DNA of 63,246 nucleotides, filler included, from Reticulomyxa filosa (taxonomy: Eukaryota > Protista > Foraminifera), in assembly GCA_000512085.1 (NCBI GenBank). It is 24 parts of 24 records of this genome, joined end to end, with 100 filler letters (N's around TTAATTAATTAA, not from the genome) between each part and the next. Parts side by side here need not be neighbours in the genome. Positions count along the whole stretch, not along the records: positions 49,786 to 52,879 come from ASPP01027192.1; positions 52,980 to 54,608 come from ASPP01028084.1; positions 54,709 to 56,795 come from ASPP01008040.1; positions 56,896 to 60,251 come from ASPP01008684.1; positions 60,352 to 61,474 come from ASPP01041502.1; positions 61,575 to 63,246 come from ASPP01001330.1; 18 more parts are not named here. One strand, given 5' to 3'. The notes beneath the pieces were generated by a model that saw only the letters and a program-made list of their open reading frames with translations, had not been told where the DNA came from and made no database searches. Shown piece by piece: positions 50,459-63,246 of the stretch. Position 1 is the stretch's first letter, and every line of letters starts with the position of its first letter. The position numbers and the translations under genes are program-made.

Positions 50459-51457
50459 TTATTTGGGATCGGGATAGTACATATACATGCTGGCAAAAGA
50501 ACTGATAAGTCCTGCTGTAGCCACAACACCTTCATTCAAAGGCTTTGACAATATAGTTCGATCAAAATGTGATTGGTTAAAGGCTACAACGATATCACCC
50601 AGCAATGCGACCATTCTTGAGTTCAAAGATATGTCAAACAGCCAAATGTTAATAAAAAGAAAAAAGCAAAGTCAGAGAAACCTAACGAGGCATATTCATG
50701 ACGAAGCTCGTTTTCGATATGCACAATGTCCAAACTCGGCGTACTCGTAGCCCTTTTTGAGTTCTCATCCTTTTCTGATATTTTCGATTACATATCAAAC
50801 CATTAGACAATAAAAAAAAATGACCAACTCCAAAAAAAAAATAAATTTTATTTCTTTATTTTTTTTTTTAAGACAATCACTGAACTTTCTTGTTCAAGCT
50901 TGCGTATTAACATAATGCAAATAAACATTTGACATATTACACCACAAAGCCACCATTTTCCAGCTGCGGCATTTAAAGCAGAAGCATCTGAGTGTTTTAA
51001 CAATTTGACCCTTGCAAAATATGATTTTGTGTCATAATACCAATACAAGCAATAACATATCGATGACACTATATATAACGTCTATTTTTTTTGTGTCAAC
51101 ATTTGATGCCCCTTTTTTTTGAAAAAATCTGTCACATGCTCGATTGTCTCAACTTTTAAGTTAGTGTCTGTTTTGGAATGATAATACTCGATCAGTTTCT
51201 CAAACTCATTCAAAGATCGAAACAGGCGGAAACCTTTTCGGCATTCACCCAAATCCAACGCTAATGTATGAAATTGGTGTGATGCTTCTGGTTTTTTATT
51301 TGCAAGAAAATATGATAACATTTTACTACTGTATACCATCCATTTGGTGAACTTATCACGTCCGTCTATTGGTGTTCAAGTTTTTTAAAAGTGTGTTATG
51401 TAGCTATTTTTATTGCAATTATGGTCTTTTGCTGTTCTCAAGATAACTCAATGTATT
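50459..51457 (-). CDS. PEX11: Peroxin PEX11 family, multi-exon; 5' end disrupted (possible pseudogene)
   Basis: DGRDKFTKWMVYSSK, LGECRKGFRLFRSLNEF, LYWYYD, GKWWLCG, LLGDIVVA...NEGVVATAGLISS. Confidence 0.85.
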
Positions 51458-52007
51458 CAAAAATTCATTTAGACGCTCAAATTCGCTCAGGCTCATCTTA
51501 TTGATCAACTTGGTATTCTACAAAAAAACTCTACTTCGTACTGTCTTCCCTCTTTACGTGTTTACTTCTCCAACATTTTTTGTATTTACCAAAATTGAGC
51601 TGTATTCACAGCTTTTCTGTTATGGCTTTCGAATGATATAGTTGTAAGTAAATTTTAAAAAATTGATTCCATAGTATCGCCACAACTACTAAAGTTAAAC
51701 GAGTGATGAAGATATCAAACTAAAGGTGGAGCTAAATCTCAAATCTAATGGCAGAGATATCTTCATGTTGTAAATTATTGTCAAGTCAAATGGGCATAAA
51801 AAAAGTAAAAGAAACTAAACCGTCTGAAAAAAAAGGAAAATAATATTTCTTGATGTTTGTATAGGCCTTTTGGACCGGCAAACACAAAAAAGATCCAAAT
51901 CAAAACGAAAACGCATTGTTTGCTTGTGATTACAATATTTGTTTTACTGCTTTGAGTTTTATTACATCAATCTATACTTGTTTAGATAAATGATAAAAAA
52001 AATACCA

Positions 52008-52092
52008 AAACTCTTTCATTGATCTAAATGTCAAAATCAGTAATTGTCTGATTGGCAAATCATTGGAATGTTCATATGATGTCAAGCACAAA
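52008..52092 (-). repeat. 85-bp perfect inverted repeat, right arm
   Basis: Exact reverse complement of 49786-49870. Confidence 0.93.
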
Positions 52093-53049
52093 GATAAAAA
52101 AAGCCTTTTTGTGAAAAAGTGATAGTTTCTTGACAATACAAATTAGATAAATTGAAAAGAATGATAATAAATTTTGTTTCCGAATTTTTGTTCAGACAGT
52201 TTACACAAAACAGATAAATGATAAACTGGCATTCAAATATCTTATATTTATTAACTGGTTCTGCATTGATGAATAAATAATTTATTATTATTTGTCCGTT
52301 TTGTCCATATTTTCATTCAACACTCAAATTACACGTATGCAAAACGATCATCTACTGAAATAATGTAATGGATATTAAAGAGATTAAAAATGTATTAATT
52401 CTTATATTGACATAGTGATATCTTGGTGATGATATTGAAAAATACAATGTAAATTTGTTACTAGCTTGCTTTTTTATTAGAAATTATTTTATACTTTTTT
52501 CGTCTAACAATCAAATAATCTGATTGTGTTATCATTCTGTCATTCAAAATACGTTGTCATAAAACCAAAAAATCAATTTTTTCTTAAAGATAAAATTAAT
52601 CAAATATTTTATAAAAATGAAAAGAAGTGTCATTCATGTTACATAAATAGGGCATGATGATTTAAATTTTTCTGTAGACGAATAATTATGATTATTTTAA
52701 AAAAAAAAAAAAATTATATGAATAAAATGCCCTTTACTTGGGCAATAATTGGGCGTATTCTCGCCTAATAATCACAAGTTTGAAATTTAATTATACCCTC
52801 CAACATCATCATATGCAACACACTTTTTATAATAAAATGAAAAATGAATTTATGATTAAAAGAAAAGATTGGAATTTATNNNNNNNNNNNNNNNNNNNNN
52901 NNNNNNNNNNNNNNNNNNNNNNNTTAATTAATTAANNNNNNNNNNNNNNNNNNNNNNNNNNNNNNNNNNNNNNNNNNNNCAATAATTCAAGAATCAGCAA
53001 ATTGAGTATAAGTGTGTAAGACGGCAGCCAGAAAAGAGTTCGCACTAAA

Positions 53050-53249
53050 TGTAATACGAAAGTGCTTTTTTGCTCAAAGAGCCTGATTGTCAACAAACAA
53101 GTAAATTAAAACAAATTAAAGAGAAATGACACGAAAAAGAGGAAAATAAAACAATGCAAAGTGAAGAAGGTTGTAAAGGAAGTTTAACCCACTGGGGGTT
53201 CCTCGGGTCCTCCTGAGTTCAAATATTAAGAATAGGGACTTGTACTACA
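53050..53249 (+). repeat. 200-bp TGTA...TACA dispersed element, copy 2
   Basis: Same conserved blocks and same total length as 12208-12407. Confidence 0.75.
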
Positions 53250-53706
53250 AGTGCTCGAGTTGTCTTTAAACTATCAAAGAAATGTATTATTTTCTTTAAG
53301 TAGATTAACAACTTCACAAGTCTGAAATGCTTTAAAATAAAATCTGCTTGGGACATGGGGGCTTTAATTTCTGAGCGAATGCAAAGTCAGCACTCGTAGA
53401 AAGCAACGCATGTGCTCACCGTTGATAGGATGTTAATAGAAAGTTGTAAATGGATTTTCATTAATTGAGATTCCAATGTCAAATTGTTTTGTCATTGTGT
53501 GGTTTAAAAATTTACACAATGTAACATTTACTTTTTGTCATACTCACCCAACCAAAAGAGGCAAATTCCAAAGCAGCAGATCTTTTGAATCTTGTGTTTG
53601 TCAAACTCGACAGGAAGGTATATTTGCCATTTCAAACGCAAATAAACAACAAACAAAAAGATGGTTTAATCAGAAAAAAAAAAAGGATTAAACCCACAAT
53701 TGTCCT

Positions 53707-53810
53707 ATTTCAGCAACTTTTCACAAGACAAGGTAAAAAAAAGGTAAAAAAAGAAAACATTTCAGCAACTTTTCACAAGACAAGGTAAAAAAAAGGTAAA
53801 AAAAGAAAAC
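53707..53810 (+). repeat. 52-bp exact tandem duplication
   Basis: ATTTCAGCAACTTTTCACAAGACAAGG...AAGAAAAC occurs twice in tandem. Confidence 0.9.
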
Positions 53811-53996
53811 ACCCAAAAAAAAAGAAAAAAAAGAAAAAAAACAACAAAAAAAACAATGCGATGTCAAAGTAAAACAAAATGGAAAAAAAAACCAAGCGGA
53901 AATCCAATCAAAATTTATAAATGAAAATAAAGCCCCTCACAATAGTAAATAGTACTGCAAGGAACGAAGAATGCAAAAAAATTAATTTTCGGTATT

Positions 53997-54590
53997 TTTA
54001 TTTTCATCGACATTTTCGTCAAAGGAATCTCTGCTCTGTGGATGCAGTTTTAGTTCTAAATAATCAGCAGGTTTAGATCCTCCTTTGCCAATATGGATAT
54101 CACGTCTTGGTGCTTTCTTTTTTTCCATCATGTCCTATATGATCATATGTGATATACATGTACACAAATTATCATAATAGCGAACCGTGTTTGTGTGACT
54201 GTAAATACAACTATGTAAATTGTGTGTATGTTAAAATTAATTTTTTCCATCAAAGGTTTTACATTACCATTTCATCTCTGGAAGTGCCATAAAGTCGATT
54301 CATCATGACAGTACTCTTTTCAAAAGGATTTGAGAAGCGATGAAACTTGCGCTTTTGCACTGTCTGTTTGAATTTGCTATGAGCAACTCTGAAGGCATTT
54401 TTAGTTGATGAGACTTTCCAAGTGAGTTTCAATATATCATCGACCGTCTTTCTTTTTTGTGGGTTTTTTTCTAAAAGTCCTTTGACAAGTTCAAGCGTTT
54501 TTGGCTCACGTGTTGCCAGTCATCGTCGTCATATTCAACTACTCCACGACGAATACTTTTTTGAATCTGTTTTTGTTTTCAAAAAGATAG
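53997..54590 (-). CDS. Ser/Thr protein kinase C-terminal fragment (CAMK-like), possibly disrupted
   Basis: LELVKGLLEKNPQKRKTVDDILK resembles kinase subdomain XI, followed by a basic regulatory helix. Confidence 0.55.
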
Positions 54591-56953
54591 ATATAAACAA
54601 ATAGCTTTNNNNNNNNNNNNNNNNNNNNNNNNNNNNNNNNNNNNNNNNNNNNTTAATTAATTAANNNNNNNNNNNNNNNNNNNNNNNNNNNNNNNNNNNN
54701 NNNNNNNNGTAGAAAAGTACAATATTTTCATCAAACACAAGCAATAGTAATTATTATATTAATGAAAGACAAAAGCAACAACGTAAAATGGAACTATTAG
54801 AAGAACATTGTATAAAAAAATTCACGATAAGATAAAAATGTAACTTTTAGTGAATGTGAATTGATGTTAAAGTAATTCATCCAATAAGGTCGGAAGCACA
54901 CTTATAAGTATCTGCCAGCGGACAAGTCGAACGAAATAGAGGAGAAAAAAATCAGATAATAGGAATTTTTACCATAAGTTGTGGATGTTCGAAATCAAGC
55001 AGCAATGTATTTATTATTTATATGTGACAAATTCTATATGACAAAAAGAGAAATTAATTAAATAAATAACAAATAGAATCAAGATATTAGTGTATGTATG
55101 TTAAAATTATTTGCTTTTAAGCAATAAGATGTTGGTAAAATGTGCTGAGATTTTGTTTGACGGTAACATAATAGTAGCATATTCTTCAAATAACAAATTA
55201 GTTTCAGAAACTTACAGTTCCAAAAAAATAATGAAAGGACTGGTAGAAAATGATGTTTATGATACTCATTGGATCAAAGGATAATATGGTATTTCTGAAA
55301 TGAAAAAGTGGGTGCAGTGACAAAGAAAGAAAGATCATAAAAATAGTTTGCCTAAACTGAACTACAGAATTGCAAAAACTGACATACATAAATGACAAAT
55401 TTATGAAAAGGATATATTTTCTCAGTGAAAAATAAACATTTAAACATTATTTTTTTTAAAGATATATACATCTCAAATATAAAATTTTTTTATGCGCTTG
55501 ATTCGTTTTTTGTTTTTTAAAATCTGGCTTTTTGAAATGATTTAATTGCAGTGCGAAGAAAATACTAAAACAAATACTTTTGAAAATAATTGAACTAAGA
55601 ATTGAAAGATAAATCAAATTAAAAAAATCAGGTTTAATAAAAACAATGTCACGATCTGAGCTTGCTTTGGTTCAAAAGGTGTTAGGCATGCCCGCAAGGT
55701 AAATAATGAAATCAGTTATAAAATTGATAAAAAATACAGTAATTTGCAAAAAAACATGACATTAAAATGCTATTTTATGAAGACGATTGATTTTCTCCGG
55801 AAAGAGAAACAATTAATTTAATTTTTAAAAAAAATGGAAGTGTTGAAGTTTTCAAATATGATAAGAGCTTCTAAATGAAGTCATTCTAGGTTGAACAAAG
55901 ACTTACGTTTTCATTTGATTTTTGTAAATTTTGAAGAAAAATTACTATTATTCACTTATATTGTTATGATAAAAATATTAAATTTATTATGTTTTTCAGA
56001 AACTATAATTTTTAAAAATTATGATCGTATCTCTTTTAGAATTTGAGAAAAACACGTTTCTGTATTGTGCAATTTTGTCTTCAGTAGTTTGCAAAAAAAA
56101 AAATAGAACACATAAAACACTACTTTATTAAGGTCTTTTTTTTTTGTTTGAGCTTTGTGACGCGTGACAAGACTTCGTTAGAACAGTGAAAAACTGAAAA
56201 GATTTAAGTAAAGCGAAATCAAAGTTTTTTTGATAACTAAGACTTGAAGTTGAATGGATGATATACAATTACAAAAAAGATAAGTCAAAACTAATTAAAG
56301 AACATACGGCAAAGCGACTTAATTTTATTAATGAACACAAAATTGGACTGTAGATTAGCAATATTTTTGAAATAAAAATTAACTTATATGGAAAGACTGC
56401 ATTCACTATATACGGAAAAAAGAAGAACCGAATATTAATAATATAGAGGTTTAGAAGGACCAAGGTTTGTGGGTGTATAATCATGGAATGAGTGCTTTGG
56501 TGCTAAAGGCGTTGATATTCTTGCAAAATTGAAGGAGGCATTAATGACACAATTTATAAAGAAATATTATATGACGAAATGCTAAAAGCACTACATATTG
56601 CCATAAAATAATAGAAATTGAGCGTTTTTACAAGATAACACAAAATGCCACAAATACAAAGCGTAAATAAGTGGATTGAAAAAAACAAAATGAACGTGAT
56701 TAAGTTTCATCCAAATTCGCATGATCTATGCAATAATAAAGCAAAACTTTACAAAGGTGATCAAATAAAAACAGCAAAACAACAATAGCAAAATTNNNNN
56801 NNNNNNNNNNNNNNNNNNNNNNNNNNNNNNNNNNNNNNNTTAATTAATTAANNNNNNNNNNNNNNNNNNNNNNNNNNNNNNNNNNNNNNNNNNNNTAAAA
56901 CTAATAACAGTACAAACCAATAGCACGCAAAAAATAAAAAAAAAAAAAAAAAA

Positions 56954-58831
56954 GGAGGAAAACAACTCGCTCAATGGGCCCTATTGATAGGCAAGCCACC
57001 ATTACGCAAAGCTTTTTTAGTGTTCAAAGGCACAGATGCAAATAAGGTATTGGACGTGATAGTGGACGGTGGTGTGGTGCCTTTGCCCTTATTTTTCAAA
57101 GATTGTAATGGGAGTGACGACAGTAACAAGGCCCAAGAAGAAGACGCCGTTGAAGAAGGAAAAGAAATGCTGCAACCAGATCCATCTACTGCTCTGATTC
57201 ACGATATGTTTGACCTGAGTAAAAATATGGAAAAAAAAAAGAAGGAGAAAAAGATGATCCAAACAGTGATAACAATGATAATAATAATAATGATAATAAT
57301 AATAATAATAATAATAATGCGAAGGATTGTGATGAAGCTGTTGCAATAATGGGCCACAAAAACATATATAAAGATGCACTATCCTCTTCTTCCACAAACC
57401 TGTTTCAATTGCCGGTTAGCAATTCGTTGAAATTCAATGGATTCAGCGTTCATTCCGGAATGTACGCCTCGATCATTCGAGATTTTCGAATCATTCAGCA
57501 ATTGCTTCTTCAGTACAAGTCCTTCATTGATCAATTGGTCATCACCGGTCATAGTCTAGGTATGATTTCTATGTAATCAATTGTTCTTTTAAGTAGTAGA
57601 CGTACGTATACATATATGTATATATGTAGGTGGTGGATTGGCAACATTGTTTGGATTGCAGTCGATAATGAGTGGGATAGAATCACCACCGATTCAAGTG
57701 ATAACGTATGGTGCGCCGATGGTAATAGCGATAGAACATGAATGGGAGAGCTTGTCGCCCTCGGCCAAGTACTGTTTGAGACAGCTGAAGCGCGTGTGCC
57801 ATCACATTGTGAATCAGTTGGATCCGATTCCACGCATCCCGTTTTGTAAATCGTGGGTGAGAGGAGTGGTCCCGTATCTGCTCAAAAACGTGGTCTCCGA
57901 CCACGCGCAACAAACCTTGTCACTACCCGACTTTGTCAGTCCGTTGTTGAAATTGAGCGTGCGCACAGGAGCAAGGAAGCTTATGAAATATGTGGAAATG
58001 CATAAAGATCTTTTGCATTGCTATAGTCCCATTGGCACTTATTATGTTTACAATGCCACTGATAATAATAGCTATTATAATAATTATAAAAAATTATATT
58101 GTTTTTCTCGTTATGATAATATCCATAAAATATTATCATTTCATCCGCCCATCAAATTTATGGAAATCCATTATGGCCAAGAAATACGTGTGCAATTGAA
58201 AGAAACAGATTGGCGGTGTCAAGAGTGCTTGATCAAACCTTTGACGTCGCCTCCGTTTGGATATGATATTGTTAATGGGGTGGTCACTACGAATTTGAGC
58301 CGGATCGAGTCTCTGTCGGAAAAAGAAAAAGAGAAGCTGATTAAAGCGGAGAAGACCCGTAAGCAAATGACGGAATTGTTTTATTTCACTGAGCCGGACC
58401 GAGAGTGGTGCGATCAATACATTTGCGTGCTAGACGAAGATATGGAGGCTTGCGGATACAATATCCTAAAATTCCCTCCCAAAAGTTGGACTGCGGTTTT
58501 GAATTGCCATCTTATATCCAATTATCTTCTTTTGTTTCAACCCAATGCCGAGGACGCTCTCAAGCATAGACAGAGTGTTCATAAACTTTCCTCCAAAAAT
58601 ACTAACACGAACAATGGCAGTCCTCATCCTCAGCATCAGTATTCCATTGCTGATGAATACAAACTTAAAACTAAAAAAGTTTTTGACAAAAAAATGGAAG
58701 AGATGAAAACAAATGTGGAGGAATTTAAACAACATAGCAAAGGGTTTATTAATGCTTTTAAAGCACGTGCTTTCCCTTCACAACAATCGAGACCGCACTC
58801 TATTTCTAAAAACAATTCTGAGAATACCTGA
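56954..58831 (+). CDS. Class 3 lipase (alpha/beta hydrolase), 3' part
   Basis: FLVFKGT, VHSGMY, LVITGHSLG|G (intron 57560-57629), VITYGAP, IVNQLDPIPRIP, and candidate catalytic His in NCHLISNY. Confidence 0.92.
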
Positions 58832-59186
58832 CTTTTTTATTTTTATTATTATTTTTTTTTTAATGCTTCGTTTTGTTCCTTTATTCTTTAAAGTGTGATT
58901 GTTCTGGTTTGTTTCTATTTTTGCAAAATATAAGTAAAATACATTCACTTGAGCATATTATTTGTTTTTGAAAACAGAGCCAAACTTTTTTTCATGCCCA
59001 TAAGAAACGGAAAAATATTATTTCGATTTATATTTAAGATTTTAAGAGAAAAAACTGGCTTTTTTTTTGGTGATATTTCACACTCAATGCACATTCTAAA
59101 CAGAGAACTAAGCAGTTCCTTTCAAATCTAAATATTCCATTATTATTATTATCATTTTGTTTTATTTGCTTTTGCAACTTACTTCA

Positions 59187-60201
59187 ATGATAAATGAGCA
59201 TTTCTTTGAATTAGATTCACTTGCGTTCGAAATGGAACCACCATTGCCGTCGCCTTTGGCGGCGACACAATGTGTAGCACTAGGTGATGAGATTTTGATT
59301 TGTGGGGGTTTCGATAATAAGAATTGCTATTCCTACCATTGCATAAAAAAGGAGTACAAATGGGTATGTAGCTATCCGAATGAGGTTAACTTGAAAGCAC
59401 ACATAGTAGTGAAGCTTGCACCCAAGATGAGTGCAAGGACTGTATCAAGAAAAACAACAGAAACTACAACCATGGCGACTCTACTTTCATTTGGAGGGTC
59501 TTATCGACATCATCTCAGTTATCACACACTTGTGATGAAATATCATAGTGTGTGGAAAAAGAGAACCAAAGGTGGTCATAAAAACGAGTGGGTGTCACTA
59601 CGTAGTCGCGATGTATTTGGGAAAAAGCAACAAATGGACTTACTCGGTGCACGTGCGTGGTTAGGCGGTGCGAATGAAGATTTGTTGTTTGTAACACGTC
59701 ATCCAAACAACATTGATGTGATTGATATTAATACTTTTCGTTATATTGATAGCATTAAGCATACGAGACTACCTGTGTCAACAGAAAACAAAGTCTGTTT
59801 TCATTGTTTTGTCGGATTGACTTGTCATCAGTTCATTTTAATTTCAGACAACGAAAGTTTACTTATTGAGTTTGATGAAATCAATCGAATTTTTTTTTAT
59901 CACATGCTGGCGCAATGCCCTTCTTTCACCTCTTATCTTGTGTATGCATATGCATACCTCAGTGATTACATCTTCATTTTCGGAGGGAATGATCAAAATT
60001 ATAACCAAACCAATGATGTCATTTTTTCATACTCCATTTCTCTCGATCTTTGGAAAGAGTACTCAACAAGTCAAATACCATTTTTCACTCGCGCTTGTGC
60101 CGCGGTCGCGCTCACACATACACGCCCTTTTTCTATTCATATCTTCGGAGGCAAAGACCACATTAATCACAGTCAAAATATACATTGCAAGTTTACACAA
60201 G
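59187..60201 (+). CDS. Kelch-like beta-propeller protein, intact main exon (divergent member of the family at 22555-24890)
   Basis: LPSPLAATQCV..GDEILICGG, LLSFGG, CFHCFV, YAYAYLSDYIFIFGG, IHIFGG. Confidence 0.88.
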
Positions 60202-61717
60202 TAGGCTTCTTTTTTTTTTTTTTTTATATAGTTGTCGTTGAAATAAATTTTNNNNNNNNNNNNNNNNNNNNNNNNNNNNNNNNNNNNNNNNNNNNTTAAT
60301 TAATTAANNNNNNNNNNNNNNNNNNNNNNNNNNNNNNNNNNNNNNNNNNNNATGCTTGGGTCCATTGCTTGAAAAAGTTTTTTTGTGTGTACATAACATG
60401 TTTATACGTATATTGATTATTTATTTATATTTGTGTCGTATGTGTTGTTTGAAATTTTGAACAGATATTTAATGGCTGAGATAGACATACATTACATGAA
60501 ATTTGGGCTACATATTTGCAAGTTGTTGCTATTTACATTGCAATGGTACTGTAGTGAATCTCCAGCAATGATGACAATAATGATAGCAACGGCGTGCATC
60601 GAATATGTATTATGGCATTGCGTATAATTTGAAAAAAAAATTGAAGACCCATATCGTGAATGTGCCATGGCTAATTAAAGGAAATGAACAATGGAAAGTA
60701 TTGAGCTGATTAGTATTGTAATTCCAAGTTATAACGTTTTCTTATAATGATGAAAAGATTTATGATCAATATACACTTATACAATACAGGTCAATAACTG
60801 TCTGTGGATCAATTGGAGAGTGGTGGTTGCTGTGCCTGTAAGCAAAGATGAAGTAAAGTTCAAACGCCAAGTTGGTGGCATATTCTGTTTTAAGGACTTG
60901 TCACTTGCCTCAAATTTTTAAAAAACGTCTGTCTTTTTGTGTAAATTCTTGTTTCACTTGATTTTTTTTAAAAATAATTTCAACGCACTTCCTCCGGCTC
61001 ACTTGATGTCTTTCTATCAAATTACATTCATCGTAAAAAATTCTGAGTTTGAATATTTGAAATGTAAAAGAAAGTCGAAAATATCCAGATAAATTCAATT
61101 TGGTTTTTCAGTCGTGCCTTTGAAAAAATTGACAACAAGAATGAATGATTTCTATCATTTAGAGTTGATGGCAAGAAAAAAAAGATTACTCCAAAAGAGC
61201 CACGTGTAAGCGTCGCTGTGCAAATAGGAATTTCTGGAAAAAAAAAAATTTGGTAGCAAAGATGTGATTGTAATACAAAAAGTACACCAAGTTTGCAAAA
61301 AAAAGTCAAAACTTATGATAATATTTAATTATCTCCATATTGGAATGAACCTTTGATTGTTCAGCGTTTACAAAAAAGGAAAAACCAAACAAATATGTCT
61401 GATTAATACACATCCTTACAAACAACATATTTTTTTTTTTTGGTTATGGAGTATTAAACAATGCATTTAATGGTNNNNNNNNNNNNNNNNNNNNNNNNNN
61501 NNNNNNNNNNNNNNNNNNTTAATTAATTAANNNNNNNNNNNNNNNNNNNNNNNNNNNNNNNNNNNNNNNNNNNNCCACACACAACCAGCATATCCAGTGA
61601 ATGTATTGATTAATTGGATGATGAACGAAATATAGTCAAACATGAAGACAGTAGGCATCTATGTTAAATAATATTGAAATATTTGATATCAGTTAAAAAA
61701 AAGAACAAACAAACTAA

Positions 61718-61830
61718 CATATTGACAACGAGTTTATCAAAATCTTTGATCCATCCTAATTGAACGTTGAATTTTCGAATCCAATGATGAATAATAATTT
61801 GGACCTCTTTTTCTGACTGTTTTAATTACA
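61718..61830 (-). CDS. Exon encoding the W-I-R-x4-5-L-G-W-I-x-D-F-D-K module
   Basis: IIIHHWIRKFNVQLGWIKDFDKLVVN, the same module as the Kelch terminal exons. Confidence 0.65.
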
Positions 61831-63246
61831 TGTTAAAACGATAAACAAAATAAATAATAAAAATTTAAAGACAAGTTGGGCTCAACTTTCATCGGTACAA
61901 AGCGAAATTTTCGTTGATGATTTGACTTCAAGCCCGTTTTCATGCTGTTTTTGCTTTTTTTCTTTTTCTATCTTACTCAGTTTCTTCCTTGTGATTATAT
62001 AGATGAATTGATTATGGAGTTTTTTTGAAGTTTTCTTGAACTGGGGAGTTTTGTTATTGTCAACTCTATTTTTTTTAAAAAATAAAAATTATATCTTTAA
62101 AAAAATTTATGTCGTAAAGTTGTTTCCATTTTTAAAAACTAAAAAGATCATATATTCTAAATGCTGAAATAATGTGAGAAGTAGATAAAACATTTGTTTG
62201 TAAACTGTATTTCATCGAATAATTTTATTCCTTTCTAATAATTCTTAAAAAAAAATAAGGAAGATATACTATATTCAGTTAAACTAGATTTAAATGTATT
62301 TTATTTTTTAAAGATATTTGCTTTCTTCTTTTGCTTATGAGAATGTATAATCAACACGTCAAGTTTGTTTAAGTGACAAAGCAAATCACAAGTAATGTAA
62401 AGTATTTAAAAGAAAAAAACATAAACTTTATCCATTTTAGTCGAAAGAAGAGATAGCTTTAATACATAACTAAGATTTTCCCCAGATGGTCCAGAACAAA
62501 TGAATTAATCGCCATCAAGTGTTGAATAATCAATACTCCACATAATATGTACAGTGAATTTATTAAGTAATTTGGATGATGATAAAGTAAAGACTTATTA
62601 ATTTTCTCTTATTTCATAGATTGGAATAATTGAGCGACTAAATCAAAATGTCATTGAACGCTGTTATGAATAATGATAAAACAATTGAAATAAAGAGTAA
62701 CGATATTCGTAAGATTTTCGATCTATAATCATCCAAAATTGCGTCCAATGGAATATACAAAGAGGCTATCTAGACAAATGAAATAACAAACGAAATGATA
62801 AAACATAATTGGAGAAAGAAACACATTGAATTCAAACAAAATAAATCATTTGAAGGAACAATAAAAAATATCATTCAACAACAAGAAACTATTAAATCTT
62901 TGTTTCTTTTAAAAATGAAATCATAAAGAACATTTGCATTCGCTCTATTGTGTTATGTGAAACAAATGTGATTAACAGAACAAATTCCACATTATTTCAA
63001 ACACTTCAAAAAACATTTAATGCCAATTGCTTCTTATCTTCGTTATTATTCACAAGAAATCTTGAAAAAAACAATGCAGAAATAATTGATACATAATAAA
63101 CTTAAATCATATGTATCTCTTTGTCACAACTGCGATGCTTATATCGATACTTCTAGAATGGTATCCAATCTTCTTCTTTTGAAATGATTATTTCTCCTTT
63201 TTTAGTTATTAATTTTTTAAAAAGAACTTTTTTTTTTCAAAAAAAA

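Noticed and set aside
54709-56795. Possible TPR/WD40 pseudogene debris (also 32017-33268 and 62500-63170)
   Set aside because: Only short protein-like patches; family and boundaries cannot be supported.

Overview
This window is not one locus. It is 24 short unrelated contigs joined by an artificial spacer (N44-TTAATTAATTAA-N44, stops in all six frames). Twenty-two are AT-rich, intron-containing eukaryotic DNA. Their Kelch-like, TRAF/RING-like and SecA-like families, abundant pseudogenes and 454 linker remnants resemble the foraminiferan Reticulomyxa filosa draft assembly (my inference, not a database result). Two contigs (33369-35373, 35474-37972) are GC-rich betaproteobacterial DNA (csp, xthA, LysE family, aceE-aceF), most likely contamination. 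Recognisable eukaryotic genes: sirtuin (decaying), G-alpha, CAP-Gly protein, SAP/NuSAP-like protein, RING E3, U6 snRNA, M1 aminopeptidase, CLEC16A, Kelch-like paralogues, FN3 and PH proteins, SecA-like ATPase, class I PI3K, ABM-domain protein, F-box protein, Rab2 pseudogene, PEX11 and a class 3 lipase. The most interesting unexplained signals: (1) a dispersed non-coding element bounded by TGTA...TACA, exactly 200 bp in two contigs, with a diverged third copy; (2) recurrent atypical introns (GTT donors, T-rich 5' half, A-rich rather than polypyrimidine 3' end); (3) a head-to-head fusion of two Kelch paralogues; (4) an 85-bp perfect inverted repeat enclosing PEX11 and a tRNA remnant.
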